Positions 40,335 to 50,109 of a stretch of DNA of 64,000 nucleotides are shown piece after piece; the first letter of the stretch is position 1; each line of letters starts with the position of its first letter. Source of the DNA: Acidobacteriota bacterium (GTDB lineage: Bacteria > Acidobacteriota > UBA890 > WLXD01); assembly GCA_965205505.1 (NCBI GenBank), contig CBDBHB010000008.1, positions 1,088,001 through 1,152,000 on the forward strand, in the 5' to 3' direction. The notes under the pieces are model-generated. The model was not told the origin of the DNA, did no database searches, and saw only the letters and a program-made list of their open reading frames with translations. A program made the position numbers and the translations under genes.

Positions 40335-41558
40335 ATGGTTGTGCGGGTCGGCCTATACGGCGTCGGCTGCTCTTTCCTGGCGGCTACGAGCCTCCTCGGC
40401 TCGACTCTGGAGACTGCTGCCTGGCTGGGGGGGATGGCTGCGCGCGTCGCAGCCGTACAGGAACCGGAGACCGCGCAGACGCCAACAGAGGAGTTCGACG
40501 CGGCGATGCAGACCGGTAAAGCGGCGATGCAGAACGGCGATTTCGAGTCGGTGCTCAGGGCGGCGACGGCGTACGAGCGCGCCCACGAGTTGCGTCCGGG
40601 GCACGTCGAGACCTGTTTGGCGCTCGGTCGCGTCTACCGCCGTCTCACCCTCCCTGACAAGACGATCGCGCTCGTTGACGATTGTCAGGCCGCGGCTGGC
40701 CGGGTCCCGAATCTCGAGCTGATGCGGGGACGTACACTGCTCCAGATGGGCAGGGGGTCGGCGGCGCGAGCCGCCTTCGAGGCGGCGACGACGGCGGGCT
40801 CCGTGGAGGCGCGCTTCGATCTCGCGTTGTTGGCGCGGGATGAGGGCGACCTCGACGTCGCGGTGGAGCAGCTCGAAGCACTGATCCGGATACGCCCGCG
40901 CCGAGCGATAGCGTACGTGCGCCTTGCCGACGTTTATATCGATCGACTCGAGATCTCGACCGCCGAAGGATTAATCCAACGTGTCCTCGAGATGCAGGTC
41001 GGCGGCGCGGCGCAGGCGCACCAGCTGCTCGGTTCCATTCGCTACAAGGCTGGCGATCTGGAGGGTGCGGTGACGCACGGGCGCGAGGCAATCAAGCTCG
41101 ACCCGGATTTCAAACTGGCCCACTACGACCTGGCGCTCGCCCTTCGCTCCAGCGGTCAGCGGGAGGAGGCCCAACGGCTGATGCAGCGCTTCCAGGAGAT
41201 CAGCAGCGCCGAAGAACAGCGCGTGCTCGAGCTGAATCGCGCCACGCAGATCGGCTTGCGGAACGCGCAGGGACTCTACTACTTCCGCCGCGGCGAGCTG
41301 GCCGTGGCGCTGGAGCTCTTCGAGGCCGCGGTCGAGTTGGCGCCCGACGATGCGTTGATCCACTTCAACATCGGCCTGTCCCGGGCAGCGCTCGATCAGC
41401 AGGAAGGTGCGATCACGGCCCTGGAGAGAGCGCGCGAGCTGCAGCCGGAGCGTGCCGAGACATACGAGGTTCTCGCCGCCGCCTACCGCGCGCTGGGCCA
41501 GTCAGCGGATGCCCAGCGCATCGACGAGCTGCGCCAGCAGCTCGAGGGACAGGACTGA
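40335..41558 (+). CDS. TPR repeat protein
   Basis: Repeated A...LxP...AxxxLG/A helical units. Starts 2 bp after the previous stop. Confidence 0.82.
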   Translation: MVVRVGLYGVGCSFLAATSLLGSTLETAAWLGGMAARVAAVQEPETAQTPTEEFDAAMQTGKAAMQNGDFESVLRAATAYERAHELRPGHVETCLALGRVYRRLTLPDKTIALVDDCQAAAGRVPNLELMRGRTLLQMGRGSAARAAFEAATTAGSVEARFDLALLARDEGDLDVAVEQLEALIRIRPRRAIAYVRLADVYIDRLEISTAEGLIQRVLEMQVGGAAQAHQLLGSIRYKAGDLEGAVTHGREAIKLDPDFKLAHYDLALALRSSGQREEAQRLMQRFQEISSAEEQRVLELNRATQIGLRNAQGLYYFRRGELAVALELFEAAVELAPDDALIHFNIGLSRAALDQQEGAITALERARELQPERAETYEVLAAAYRALGQSADAQRIDELRQQLEGQD

Positions 41559-41704
41559 CGAGCTGCGCCAGCAGCCCGAGCGTGCCGCAACGTACGCGAT
41601 TCTCGCCGCCACCTATCGTGCGCTGGTCGGGGCGGGGGATGCACAGCGCAATGGCGGGCTGCACCAGCAGCAACAAGGGCCAGCGCTGACGAGCTGCACC
41701 AGCA
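41442..41704 (+). repeat. Degenerate ~130 bp tandem duplication of the TPR gene 3' end
   Basis: QPERAETYEVLAAAYRALG...DAQR recurs after the stop as QPERAATYAILAATYRALV...DAQR. GACGAGCTGC.CCAGCAG occurs at the unit boundaries. Confidence 0.8.
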
Positions 41705-41806
41705 GGGTGCGGCTCAGCCAACGCTGGCCCTCGCGGTCATCGGCGATCCAGGGCCGCTCTCAGCCCTGGATCACCGGATCCCGTTTTGTCGTTGCGCGTC
41801 AGCGCA

Positions 41807-44803
41807 TTAGAAGGAGAGTCGTACTCCCAACCTGAACTGCCGCCCAGGATTCAGTGAGCCAACTGTGCGGGGCGCCCCGACGCTGGAGATTCTGCCTCCG
41901 GACGAGTCGCGGGCTACCTGGTAGGTACGGTCTCTTCGCTCGGAGACGCCGGTCGGAGACTGGCTGTTGAGCAAGTTGAATCCGTCGACCATCAGCTCAA
42001 TCCGACTACTCGCCCCCATGTCGAAGGACTTCGAGAGCCGCAGATCGAGCTGCTTGTGCGAGTCCCACGTCCTGCTGCCGACCTTCTCGATGTTGGTGTT
42101 GCCGTAGTCGGCGTTGAAGTCGGAGCGAATCCGGGAGTTCCTTTGTTGAAGGTTCCACGGTCGACCCGACGCCAGGTTCCAGTACATACCCGCAAGGATG
42201 TCTCCGGGCAGCCTGTAGTTGGCCAGTACCTTCCAGCTCCACTTCCTGCTGAAGCGCAACGGACCAGACTCCGCGAACGGGTGGCCGTTGAAGTTGGGGT
42301 TGTCCTCCTGGTCGAAACCCCTTCCCCAGATGCTCTGACCGTCGCCGTTCTCCTTCGTTCCCCGGTTGTTCTGGTAGGCAACCGAGGTGCTGAAGTTGAG
42401 GCCGGAGCCGGTGCGCCGGCGGTCCAGCAGCAACGTCACGATGTCGTGCGTTCGGGTGTAGTAGGGGCTGTTGGTGAAGGCCTGGTCAGTGAAGCCAGTG
42501 TCCTTGGCGTAGAGCGTTTGCGTCTGCCCGGTCGCCGTGCTTCCGTCCGCCAACAACGTGTCGGGGGCGGTGTATTCGAAGGCCTCGAACACATGGTCAA
42601 TCTGGTCGTCGTAGTTGAAAAAGTTGTTGTCTTCTTTGTGGATATAGTCGACACCCACGACCCAGTTGTCGACGAACTCATACTCGAAACCGATGTTGAT
42701 TACATCGGTGTGCAACGAATGCAAGTCCTCGGGGATCGGGAATTGTGGGGCGTCCAACGTCCTCAGGTACTGGGGTTGAAAAACAAAGTTTTGCAGCGCT
42801 ATCGCTTGTGCGTCGGTCAGGTTTTCGAAATCGACGTCGGCGGCGAAGAAATCGTCCGGGAGCTCCCCTTTTCCCATAAAGTACGAGGCGTAGGACTGGT
42901 AACCGAAGTCTTCGTTAAATGCGCCGCCGCTGGCTCTCGAGATGTGTCCGATGGCGACCTTCTCGAAGTAACGCCCCCAGCTGCCATGCGCGACGGCACG
43001 GCCATCGCCTGACACATCCATGGTAAATCCAATCCGTGGCGCCAAGTTGTAGTACTTCGTTTGCAGCGACGATCCCGCGGGAGCCCAGGGAGCAGTTACA
43101 CCGGTGCGCTCGCCGCCCCGTCCACAGCACCGGTCGTAACCGTTCGTCCGGTCGTAGCGCAGCCCGAGGTTGAGGGTGAAGTCGTCGCTAACGGTAACGT
43201 TATCCTGAAGAAAGGCCGAGCTGCGTACGATGTTGGCCTCGAGGCCAACGTCGTAGATATACCCGTATACGTACATGCCCGCTGTGGTCCCGGCATAGTT
43301 GTAGGTATACAGACCGCCCTCGCCGGTATAACTGCTGATCCAGCTGGACCAGCTGTCGTTGTAGTCGATACCGATCTTGGCGTCATGCGCGACGCCCAGG
43401 AAGTTGTCGACGTACTGGGTCACCGTCGCCGTGAGCTCTTTCCGGGCGTTGTCCTCGTCCTCCAAGAAGCCGCGGGTGAGCCTCCTCGACGTGTTCAAGT
43501 GATACTGGGGTACATCACAGCCGACGCTTCCTCGGCCACCTTCACACTTTATCGGGAGGCGCTCGTATGCCCCCGAATATCCTGCGAAGCGGACATCGGT
43601 GAAGGTGTTGTCGCCTAGTTGGGCTTGCCAGCTGAACAACCAGGTCGTGGTCGAGATATCGGTATCCATGCCGACGATGAGCGGCGAACCTGGTCGCTGA
43701 CTCTCATTCGTCCCTCCGCCCGGATCATGGTTGATCATCGCACCGAGCGTGTGTCTGTCGTTGACCAAGTAATCCAGCCTGCCGTGCAGGCGCCACATAT
43801 CGAGGCCTTGCTGGCCATCTTCGACGGCGATGTCACCGTCAAGCCAGATCTGGTCGGCGACCTGCGAATCGAGCTTCTGTTGACGGGCGGCGCTGGCAAA
43901 GAAGAGCATCTTGTTCCGCACAATCGGGCCACCGATAGTGGCGGAAAAATCGCGTTCGTAGGAGAATTTTCCGCGCTCGAGATCGATGATGCCGCCGGAG
44001 TTGTCGCTTCTCAGCGAGCCGTTCTGGAAGTAGAAAGAGCCGGTACCGTGAAACTCGTTGGTACCGCCCTTGGTGATCATGTTGACCATCGCGCCAGTGA
44101 AGTTGCTGTACTCGGCGCTGGCGCCGATACCGACGATCTGGATCTCGGCGATGGCATCCACGTTCGGGTTGACCCAGGTGTTACCCCAGTCGCCCTCGTT
44201 AACGTCAACGCCGTTGAGCCGGTAGCCGTTGGTTGCCGAACCCACGCGATGCGAGCTGGAGCCCTCGGAGTGGTTGCCGCCGGCGCCATAGGCTCCCTTG
44301 TCGGCGAAACCAGGGGCGAAGTTCGTCATCTCGGTGAACTCACGCGCCACCGGAACGTTTTCCAGCATCTCCGCGCTGTATGACGTCGTAAGCGAGGACG
44401 ACTCCAAGTCGATCAACGGCGTCTCGGAGATCACGGTGACGGTCTCTGAGACCCCCGCCAGCTCCAGCTCCGCAATCACGTTTGTGGTTGTGCCGACGCT
44501 CACCGGAACGTTGTAGGCCATCGACTGGAACCCGGTGAGTGCGACCGTCACGATGTACGTTCCCGGCCTGAGATTACGAAACCGGAAGGTACCCGCGAGG
44601 TCGCTTGTCACCGAGAGAGATTCCTGGATGAGGTTGTCTCCCTCGATGGTGGCGGTGGCGCCGGGCAGCCCCGCGCCATCCGCGTCGTGAACCTCTCCGG
44701 CGATAATTCCAGTGCTTCGAGCTCCCTGCGCCATCACCTGCGCGGGGAGTATGAGGAGCATCGCGACGATCGCGATGGTCAAAATACTTAACTTGGTGCG
44801 CAT
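41807..44803 (-). CDS. TonB-dependent receptor, Oar type with N-terminal carboxypeptidase-regulatory-like domain
   Basis: Signal peptide, LPGATATI, ITKGGTNEFHG, LNLGLRYD, APRIG and C-terminal RQFRLGVRLSF. Confidence 0.9.
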   Translation of the reverse strand: MRTKLSILTIAIVAMLLILPAQVMAQGARSTGIIAGEVHDADGAGLPGATATIEGDNLIQESLSVTSDLAGTFRFRNLRPGTYIVTVALTGFQSMAYNVPVSVGTTTNVIAELELAGVSETVTVISETPLIDLESSSLTTSYSAEMLENVPVAREFTEMTNFAPGFADKGAYGAGGNHSEGSSSHRVGSATNGYRLNGVDVNEGDWGNTWVNPNVDAIAEIQIVGIGASAEYSNFTGAMVNMITKGGTNEFHGTGSFYFQNGSLRSDNSGGIIDLERGKFSYERDFSATIGGPIVRNKMLFFASAARQQKLDSQVADQIWLDGDIAVEDGQQGLDMWRLHGRLDYLVNDRHTLGAMINHDPGGGTNESQRPGSPLIVGMDTDISTTTWLFSWQAQLGDNTFTDVRFAGYSGAYERLPIKCEGGRGSVGCDVPQYHLNTSRRLTRGFLEDEDNARKELTATVTQYVDNFLGVAHDAKIGIDYNDSWSSWISSYTGEGGLYTYNYAGTTAGMYVYGYIYDVGLEANIVRSSAFLQDNVTVSDDFTLNLGLRYDRTNGYDRCCGRGGERTGVTAPWAPAGSSLQTKYYNLAPRIGFTMDVSGDGRAVAHGSWGRYFEKVAIGHISRASGGAFNEDFGYQSYASYFMGKGELPDDFFAADVDFENLTDAQAIALQNFVFQPQYLRTLDAPQFPIPEDLHSLHTDVINIGFEYEFVDNWVVGVDYIHKEDNNFFNYDDQIDHVFEAFEYTAPDTLLADGSTATGQTQTLYAKDTGFTDQAFTNSPYYTRTHDIVTLLLDRRRTGSGLNFSTSVAYQNNRGTKENGDGQSIWGRGFDQEDNPNFNGHPFAESGPLRFSRKWSWKVLANYRLPGDILAGMYWNLASGRPWNLQQRNSRIRSDFNADYGNTNIEKVGSRTWDSHKQLDLRLSKSFDMGASSRIELMVDGFNLLNSQSPTGVSERRDRTYQVARDSSGGRISSVGAPRTVGSLNPGRQFRLGVRLSF

Positions 44804-45122
44804 TCCACTTCCTCCTGGGGAGACACCCGTCATCCAAACGGGCAATGCTTACTTGATATACTTCAGCGCTGCAAGAACCGTGCCCATCGGCCCTTTCCGT
44901 GGCCTCGGCCGGTACCGCGCTTGCGCAAACTCAACATTCTGGCGCCAGGCCCACGTCTACTGGGCGATTCTGTCCAATTGTCCCGATCAGTCGTCGCTGG
45001 ACTGGAGGCGAACACAGCACGAGACGAGACCTGCTCTGCGGGTCCACGGCCCGTTCGGCGCCGCTGAATCCAATTAATTGGGTCCGTCGCTCCAATGGTT
45101 TGGTCCCTCCGGGAATCCCGTC

Positions 45123-45157
45123 GACCCATTAATGGTCGAGTTGACCACATAGTGGTC
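45123..45157. promoter_or_regulatory. Paired GACC-N7-GGTC palindromes in a divergent promoter region
   Basis: GACCCATTAATGGTC (45123-45137) and GACCACATAGTGGTC (45143-45157), 20 bp apart, in an AT-richer stretch. Confidence 0.45.
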
Positions 45158-45414
45158 TGCATTTTCCGGGCGTTAATTAGCACCACGCGGATGACGTTGT
45201 CAATAGGGTCGAGACCCATGACACAAACTATTCACGGTGTCCTCTTCGTTTCTTGTCCTCGTATCCTTTGAATCCTCTACATCCCTCATACTTCCTTTAC
45301 GACCCCCTGGCGCCTGTGACATGGATCGCACCGTGGAGCGGCCGGCGGATCCATGCTTGAATGAGCTGCGGGGTGGCTCGCCAGGCCCACCACACTTCCA
45401 CCACGGGAGGAAGC

Positions 45415-47067
45415 GTGAAAAGGCGTGACTTCATCAAGCTCGGCGCGGCTGTCGGCGCCATCGCAGGCCGGCCAGCTACGCTGCCTGCAACCGCAAGACA
45501 GCAGCCAGGGGCCACAACCGAGACCTATCGATCGAGGGGCGGCCGCGACCTGGCCATCGTCAACGCCAAGATCGTCACGATGGAGCCCGGGGAGCCGGAA
45601 GCGGAGGCCGCCCTCGTTCGAGGTGGCCGCCTGGTCCTGGTCGGAGACAGCAACGAGGTGCGCTCGCAGGCCGGTCGCGTCCAGATCTTCGACGCCGCGG
45701 GGCGGACGGTCGTACCGGGATTCATCGATGCCCACACTCACGTGGAGGTGGCCTGCGTCGCCGAGACCTATCAAGCAAAGGTCCACACACCTCCTCTTGG
45801 CAGCCTTCGAGAGGTCATCGACGTCCTGCGCTCCACGACGGCCGAGACATCCGCGGGCGAGTGGGTGATCGCCCGCGGATCGTTCGCTCTCGAGCGGCGG
45901 GTCAGCGAGGGCCGACTGCTGACCCGGCAAGATCTCGACGCCGTTACCGAGGACCACCCCTTGATCGTGTTTTCCGGACGTCACGTGGCCATGCTGAACA
46001 CGAAAGCGATCCTCACGATGGGGCTCTGGGACCCGGACTCGACACCGCCTCGTGGAGCGATCGTTCATCGCGACGCCTCCGGCGTACCGACCGGCACCGC
46101 GACCGAGCTCTACTACTTGCTGCCCTCGTACTCGATCGAACAGGTCAAGGCCGCCATCCGAAAGCACGTCGGCCCGATGTTCGTCGCCAACGGTACGACG
46201 TCCGTCTATACCGTCCCTTACTCCACCAGCGACATCACCGCCGATCTCGAGCTACAAGCAGCCGGCGAGCTGCCGCTGCGTGTGCGCATGTACTACCACG
46301 TGCCCCACATGATCTCCCTGCAGGGTCTTCTCGATACCGGTCTGGTCTCCGGCTTCGGCGACGAGATGTTTCGGCTGGGGGGTGTAAAGCTCTTTGTCGA
46401 CGGGCTCGGCGGCAATGGTCTCGGAGACCCGCTCGAGGACTACAAGTGGACCCAGGAGGAGCTCGACGACGTAGTGTTCCAGGCTCACACGAGCGGTCTC
46501 CAGGTGCTGATGCACGTGATCACACCGGGGGCCATTCATCGGGCCGCGACCGCTGTCGAGAAAGCGCTTCGTCGTGACCCGCGACCCCATCGTCATCGGC
46601 TCGAGCACGGTGGCAGTGTCGAGACGGTCGAAGAGATGCGCTGGCTGCGCGACCTGGGGTTACGTCTGGTCGTCACCCCCAGCCGTGGACGGCCGGGACG
46701 TCGCACACCACGTTACCGAACGCTGGTGCGGGAGGGACTCGAGATCATCGGCATCACCGATACCACCGGTACCGTGCCAGGCTCCTCCGCACCGCTACCG
46801 AAGATCGCCGCGGCGATGGTATCGGTCGACGACGGCGGCGGGGCGCCCGCCGGAGAGACGCTGACCTTCGACGAGGCGCTGCGTCTGTACACGCTCTGGG
46901 CGGCACGCGGTGGTCTGGAAGAAGCCGACAAGGGCTCGATCGCCGTCGGCAAGCTGGGTGACTTCGCGGTGCTCTCTGATGACCCACGCAGCCTTGCCGG
47001 TGAGGATCTGTTCGGGGTTCAGGTGGAGGCGACGATCCTTGGCGGCGAGGTCGTGTTCGAGCGCTAG
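45415..47067 (+). CDS. Tat-signal amidohydrolase 3 family protein (YtcJ-like)
   Basis: GGAGG RBS then GTG, KRRDFIK leader, PGFIDAHTH, GVKLFVDG, RHRLEHG and KGSIAVGKLGDF. Confidence 0.88.
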   Translation: MKRRDFIKLGAAVGAIAGRPATLPATARQQPGATTETYRSRGGRDLAIVNAKIVTMEPGEPEAEAALVRGGRLVLVGDSNEVRSQAGRVQIFDAAGRTVVPGFIDAHTHVEVACVAETYQAKVHTPPLGSLREVIDVLRSTTAETSAGEWVIARGSFALERRVSEGRLLTRQDLDAVTEDHPLIVFSGRHVAMLNTKAILTMGLWDPDSTPPRGAIVHRDASGVPTGTATELYYLLPSYSIEQVKAAIRKHVGPMFVANGTTSVYTVPYSTSDITADLELQAAGELPLRVRMYYHVPHMISLQGLLDTGLVSGFGDEMFRLGGVKLFVDGLGGNGLGDPLEDYKWTQEELDDVVFQAHTSGLQVLMHVITPGAIHRAATAVEKALRRDPRPHRHRLEHGGSVETVEEMRWLRDLGLRLVVTPSRGRPGRRTPRYRTLVREGLEIIGITDTTGTVPGSSAPLPKIAAAMVSVDDGGGAPAGETLTFDEALRLYTLWAARGGLEEADKGSIAVGKLGDFAVLSDDPRSLAGEDLFGVQVEATILGGEVVFER

Positions 47068-47096
47068 CAGGCCGTGGGCTCACCCAGAGTTATCCG

Positions 47097-48140
47097 CTAG
47101 CGCTCACCGAAGATGCTCTTGGCTAGCATCACGTGCACCCCGAGGCTGTCGTCGACGATCTGTGTCATGCGTATATCGGCCGCCATGGCCGCCAGCCGGT
47201 TTGCTTCCACAGGCGTCATTGAGCGCGTCTCCACCAAGAAGTCGATGGCCTCCTGAACGGCGATCTCGGTAGCCTTCGTGAGGTCCGGGTCCGACCCCAT
47301 GGCGATGAAATGGGTCGGGGTCTCGGCGCGCGGCCAGCGGAGTTTCAGGTCCTTGCGGACGATCAATTGCAAGCGCCCGCGGACCGAGCTCTCCAACGCA
47401 GTGCCCCCCACCTCGCCATCACCCTGGGCGGCGTGCGAGTCTCCGACGAAGAGATTTGCGCCCTCGACAAAGACCGGAAGAAAGAGCGTTGTCCCGGCTA
47501 CCAGTTCCTTATTGTCGATGTTGCCGCCCCAGCGATCCGGGGGATTGCTGCTCACACGTCCGGCCTCGGGCGGCGGCGCCACGCCGAGGATGCCAAAGAA
47601 AGGCCGTAGGGGGATCTCGATTCCCGGTTCCAGCGGCGCGATCATGCGCTCCATATCGAAACGGATCAGCTGACTGCGAGGCTCCGTACAGTTCACTGGC
47701 AGGAAGGTCCAAGCCTCGTTGCAGGCCTGATAGCCATACGGGATCGCCAGGTCGACGTCGAGGATCCGTACCTCGAGGGCATCCCCCGGTTGCGCCCCCT
47801 CCACCCAGATCGGTCCGGTAACGATGTGACCGCCGGGGCCGCGGTCGCTCACCTCGGCGTGGATCGCCCGCAACGACGCTTGGATCTCCGAGGGCGCAGC
47901 GCCCAGACGTTCGAGATAATCGGGACCTGCGGTGATCAGGCTGTCGACATCGACGACATCACCCGACTCGACCCGCAAGACCGGCGCCAGCCGCGCATCG
48001 AAGTACCCCCATGCAACGGTCTGTGGCGTCGCCTCGAGGCGATGGACGGTTTCCGGAGCCTGAGTCGGGCGGCCACCGGCGGCGGCACCGGCCGCGCTCA
48101 TCAATACGAGCAGTGCCACGAGCGTCACCGCGATCCTCAT
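47097..48140 (-). CDS. Acetamidase/formamidase family protein with signal peptide
   Basis: GHIVTGPIWVEGAQPGD, GGNIDNKEL and GDSHAAQGDGEV. Confidence 0.88.
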   Translation of the reverse strand: MRIAVTLVALLVLMSAAGAAAGGRPTQAPETVHRLEATPQTVAWGYFDARLAPVLRVESGDVVDVDSLITAGPDYLERLGAAPSEIQASLRAIHAEVSDRGPGGHIVTGPIWVEGAQPGDALEVRILDVDLAIPYGYQACNEAWTFLPVNCTEPRSQLIRFDMERMIAPLEPGIEIPLRPFFGILGVAPPPEAGRVSSNPPDRWGGNIDNKELVAGTTLFLPVFVEGANLFVGDSHAAQGDGEVGGTALESSVRGRLQLIVRKDLKLRWPRAETPTHFIAMGSDPDLTKATEIAVQEAIDFLVETRSMTPVEANRLAAMAADIRMTQIVDDSLGVHVMLAKSIFGER

Positions 48141-48270
48141 GGGTACCCTCCGCTACTGGTCCGTCATGGTCGTTCCCCGCACGCTACAGCGATCCGAGCA
48201 GCGGTTCCAGCGACGGGTCGTCCTCCGGCTCAGCCCGGCCGGACCTGTCCGACGGTTCGGGATAGGATAA

Positions 48271-50109
48271 TTGATCCCGATTACCGGAGAATCACGGGTG
48301 CGATTATGCGATGGTGCGGGTCGACGATCCTGGCCCCGAAGCACGGCTCGGAGGCTCGCGTGCGCCGCCGTAGTCGGGTTCCTCATACCGGCACCTGAAG
48401 CGGTCCCGCAGACTGCTCAGCGTGGCGCTGCTGGCAGCGACGGCAACGGTCAGGCCATGATCCGCTTGTCCGATGCCAGCCGTGCCGCCGGGCTTCGATT
48501 CGACCACTTCGCCGGCCTCAGCGCAGAGAAGCACCTGCCGGAGATCATGGGCGGTGGCGTCGCCTGGCTGGACTACGATGTCGACGGCCACTGGGATCTG
48601 TATCTCGTCGACAGCGGAGCGCTGCCGGGTGCAGCCCCCGTACGAACGCCGCCTCCGGGAGCCGGCGCCAACGCGATGTTTCGCGCTCGCCCGGGCGGTT
48701 TCTTCGACCGCGCCGACGGCGCCCGAGTGGCGCACAGCGGGTTCGGAATGGGCGTCACCGCCGGCGACTACGACGGCGACGGATTCGTCGATCTGTTCGT
48801 TACCAATTTCGGCCCTAACGTCCTCTATCGCAACAACGGCGACGGCACCTTTGGCGACGTGACTGCGACGTTGGGTCTCGGTGACGCGCGCTGGGGCAGC
48901 AGCGCCGCCTGGGGAGATCTCGACCTCGACGGGTTCCCGGAGCTCTACGTGGCGAACTACCTCCACTACGAGGTCGCCACGGCGCGCGTCTGCGGTGATC
49001 TTCCCCGCGGGAAGCGCGGCTACTGCCCGCCTGAGCTCTACGATGGCATCACCGACGTCCTCTACCGAAACATCGGCGGTCGAGCATTCGAGGACATCAC
49101 GGTGACGGCCGGGGTCGCGAATGCCGCCGACGGCAAGGGATTGGGCGTGATCATCGCCAATACCGATGGTGATCGGCTACCCGACATCTACGTGGCCAAT
49201 GACGGCACGCGCAACTTCCTCTACGCGAACCGAGGCGCGCTGCGCTTTGAGGATCAGGGGCTGTTCTCGGGTGCCGGCCTGAGCGTGAACGGGGCTCCGC
49301 AATCGGGCATGGGGGTGGATATAGGCGACCTGGACGGCGATGGTCTTCCGGAGATCGGAGTGACGAACTTCGAGGCCCAGGCCATCAACATGTACCGTTC
49401 AACGACGCCGGGGCTGTTTCTCGACGAGACGTTTCGCTTCGGCACCGGCGAGAGGACGTGGAACACGCTCGGGTTCGGGCTCGTTTTCGTGGACCTGGAT
49501 GGTGACGGTGACCGGGACGTGGTGATCGCCAACGGGCACGTGTCCGATGCCGTCGACAACTTTGCCCAGCCCAACCAGGTTTTCGCCAACCGCCACGCCG
49601 AGCGCTGGCTGGGCGACTCGACGAGGGCCGAGGGCATGCTCCAAGAGATCAGCACGGAGGCGGGGTCGGCCCTGCAGCACGCTCGCGTCTCGCGCGCCCT
49701 CGCCCACGGGGACGCCGACGGAGATGGCTGGCCAGACCTCGTCGTGTCCAACATCGACGGCCCGATCGAGCTGCTGCGGAACATCTCCGCGCGAGGGAAT
49801 CGACGAGTGGTGCTGAGGCTGCGGGGCCGCGACGCCAATCGCGATGCCTTTGGCAGCCGTGTCATGGTTACCAGCTACCCGATCTCGAATCGGCCCTTCA
49901 AGCAATTCTTCGAGGTCACGAGTGCGACGTCCTATATCTCGCAGAGCAGCACCGACATTCACGTCGGGCTGGGAGGCGCCAGCGGCGCCGAGTTCGAGGT
50001 GGTGTGGCCCGGCGGGACGAGCGAGCCCCTAGGGTTCATCGAGGCCGGCCAGCTGGTGCTGGCGCAACAGGGCAACGGCGTGGTGGCGACACGCCGGCTA
50101 AGCCGATGA
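48271..50109 (+). CDS. CRTAC1-family protein (FG-GAP/VCBS repeats plus ASPIC/UnbV); start uncertain
   Basis: LPEIMGGGVAWLDYD, repeated D-x-D-G-D-G-x-x-D, NRDAFGSRV, SYISQS and HVGLG. Confidence 0.85.
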   Translation: MIPITGESRVRLCDGAGRRSWPRSTARRLACAAVVGFLIPAPEAVPQTAQRGAAGSDGNGQAMIRLSDASRAAGLRFDHFAGLSAEKHLPEIMGGGVAWLDYDVDGHWDLYLVDSGALPGAAPVRTPPPGAGANAMFRARPGGFFDRADGARVAHSGFGMGVTAGDYDGDGFVDLFVTNFGPNVLYRNNGDGTFGDVTATLGLGDARWGSSAAWGDLDLDGFPELYVANYLHYEVATARVCGDLPRGKRGYCPPELYDGITDVLYRNIGGRAFEDITVTAGVANAADGKGLGVIIANTDGDRLPDIYVANDGTRNFLYANRGALRFEDQGLFSGAGLSVNGAPQSGMGVDIGDLDGDGLPEIGVTNFEAQAINMYRSTTPGLFLDETFRFGTGERTWNTLGFGLVFVDLDGDGDRDVVIANGHVSDAVDNFAQPNQVFANRHAERWLGDSTRAEGMLQEISTEAGSALQHARVSRALAHGDADGDGWPDLVVSNIDGPIELLRNISARGNRRVVLRLRGRDANRDAFGSRVMVTSYPISNRPFKQFFEVTSATSYISQSSTDIHVGLGGASGAEFEVVWPGGTSEPLGFIEAGQLVLAQQGNGVVATRRLSR

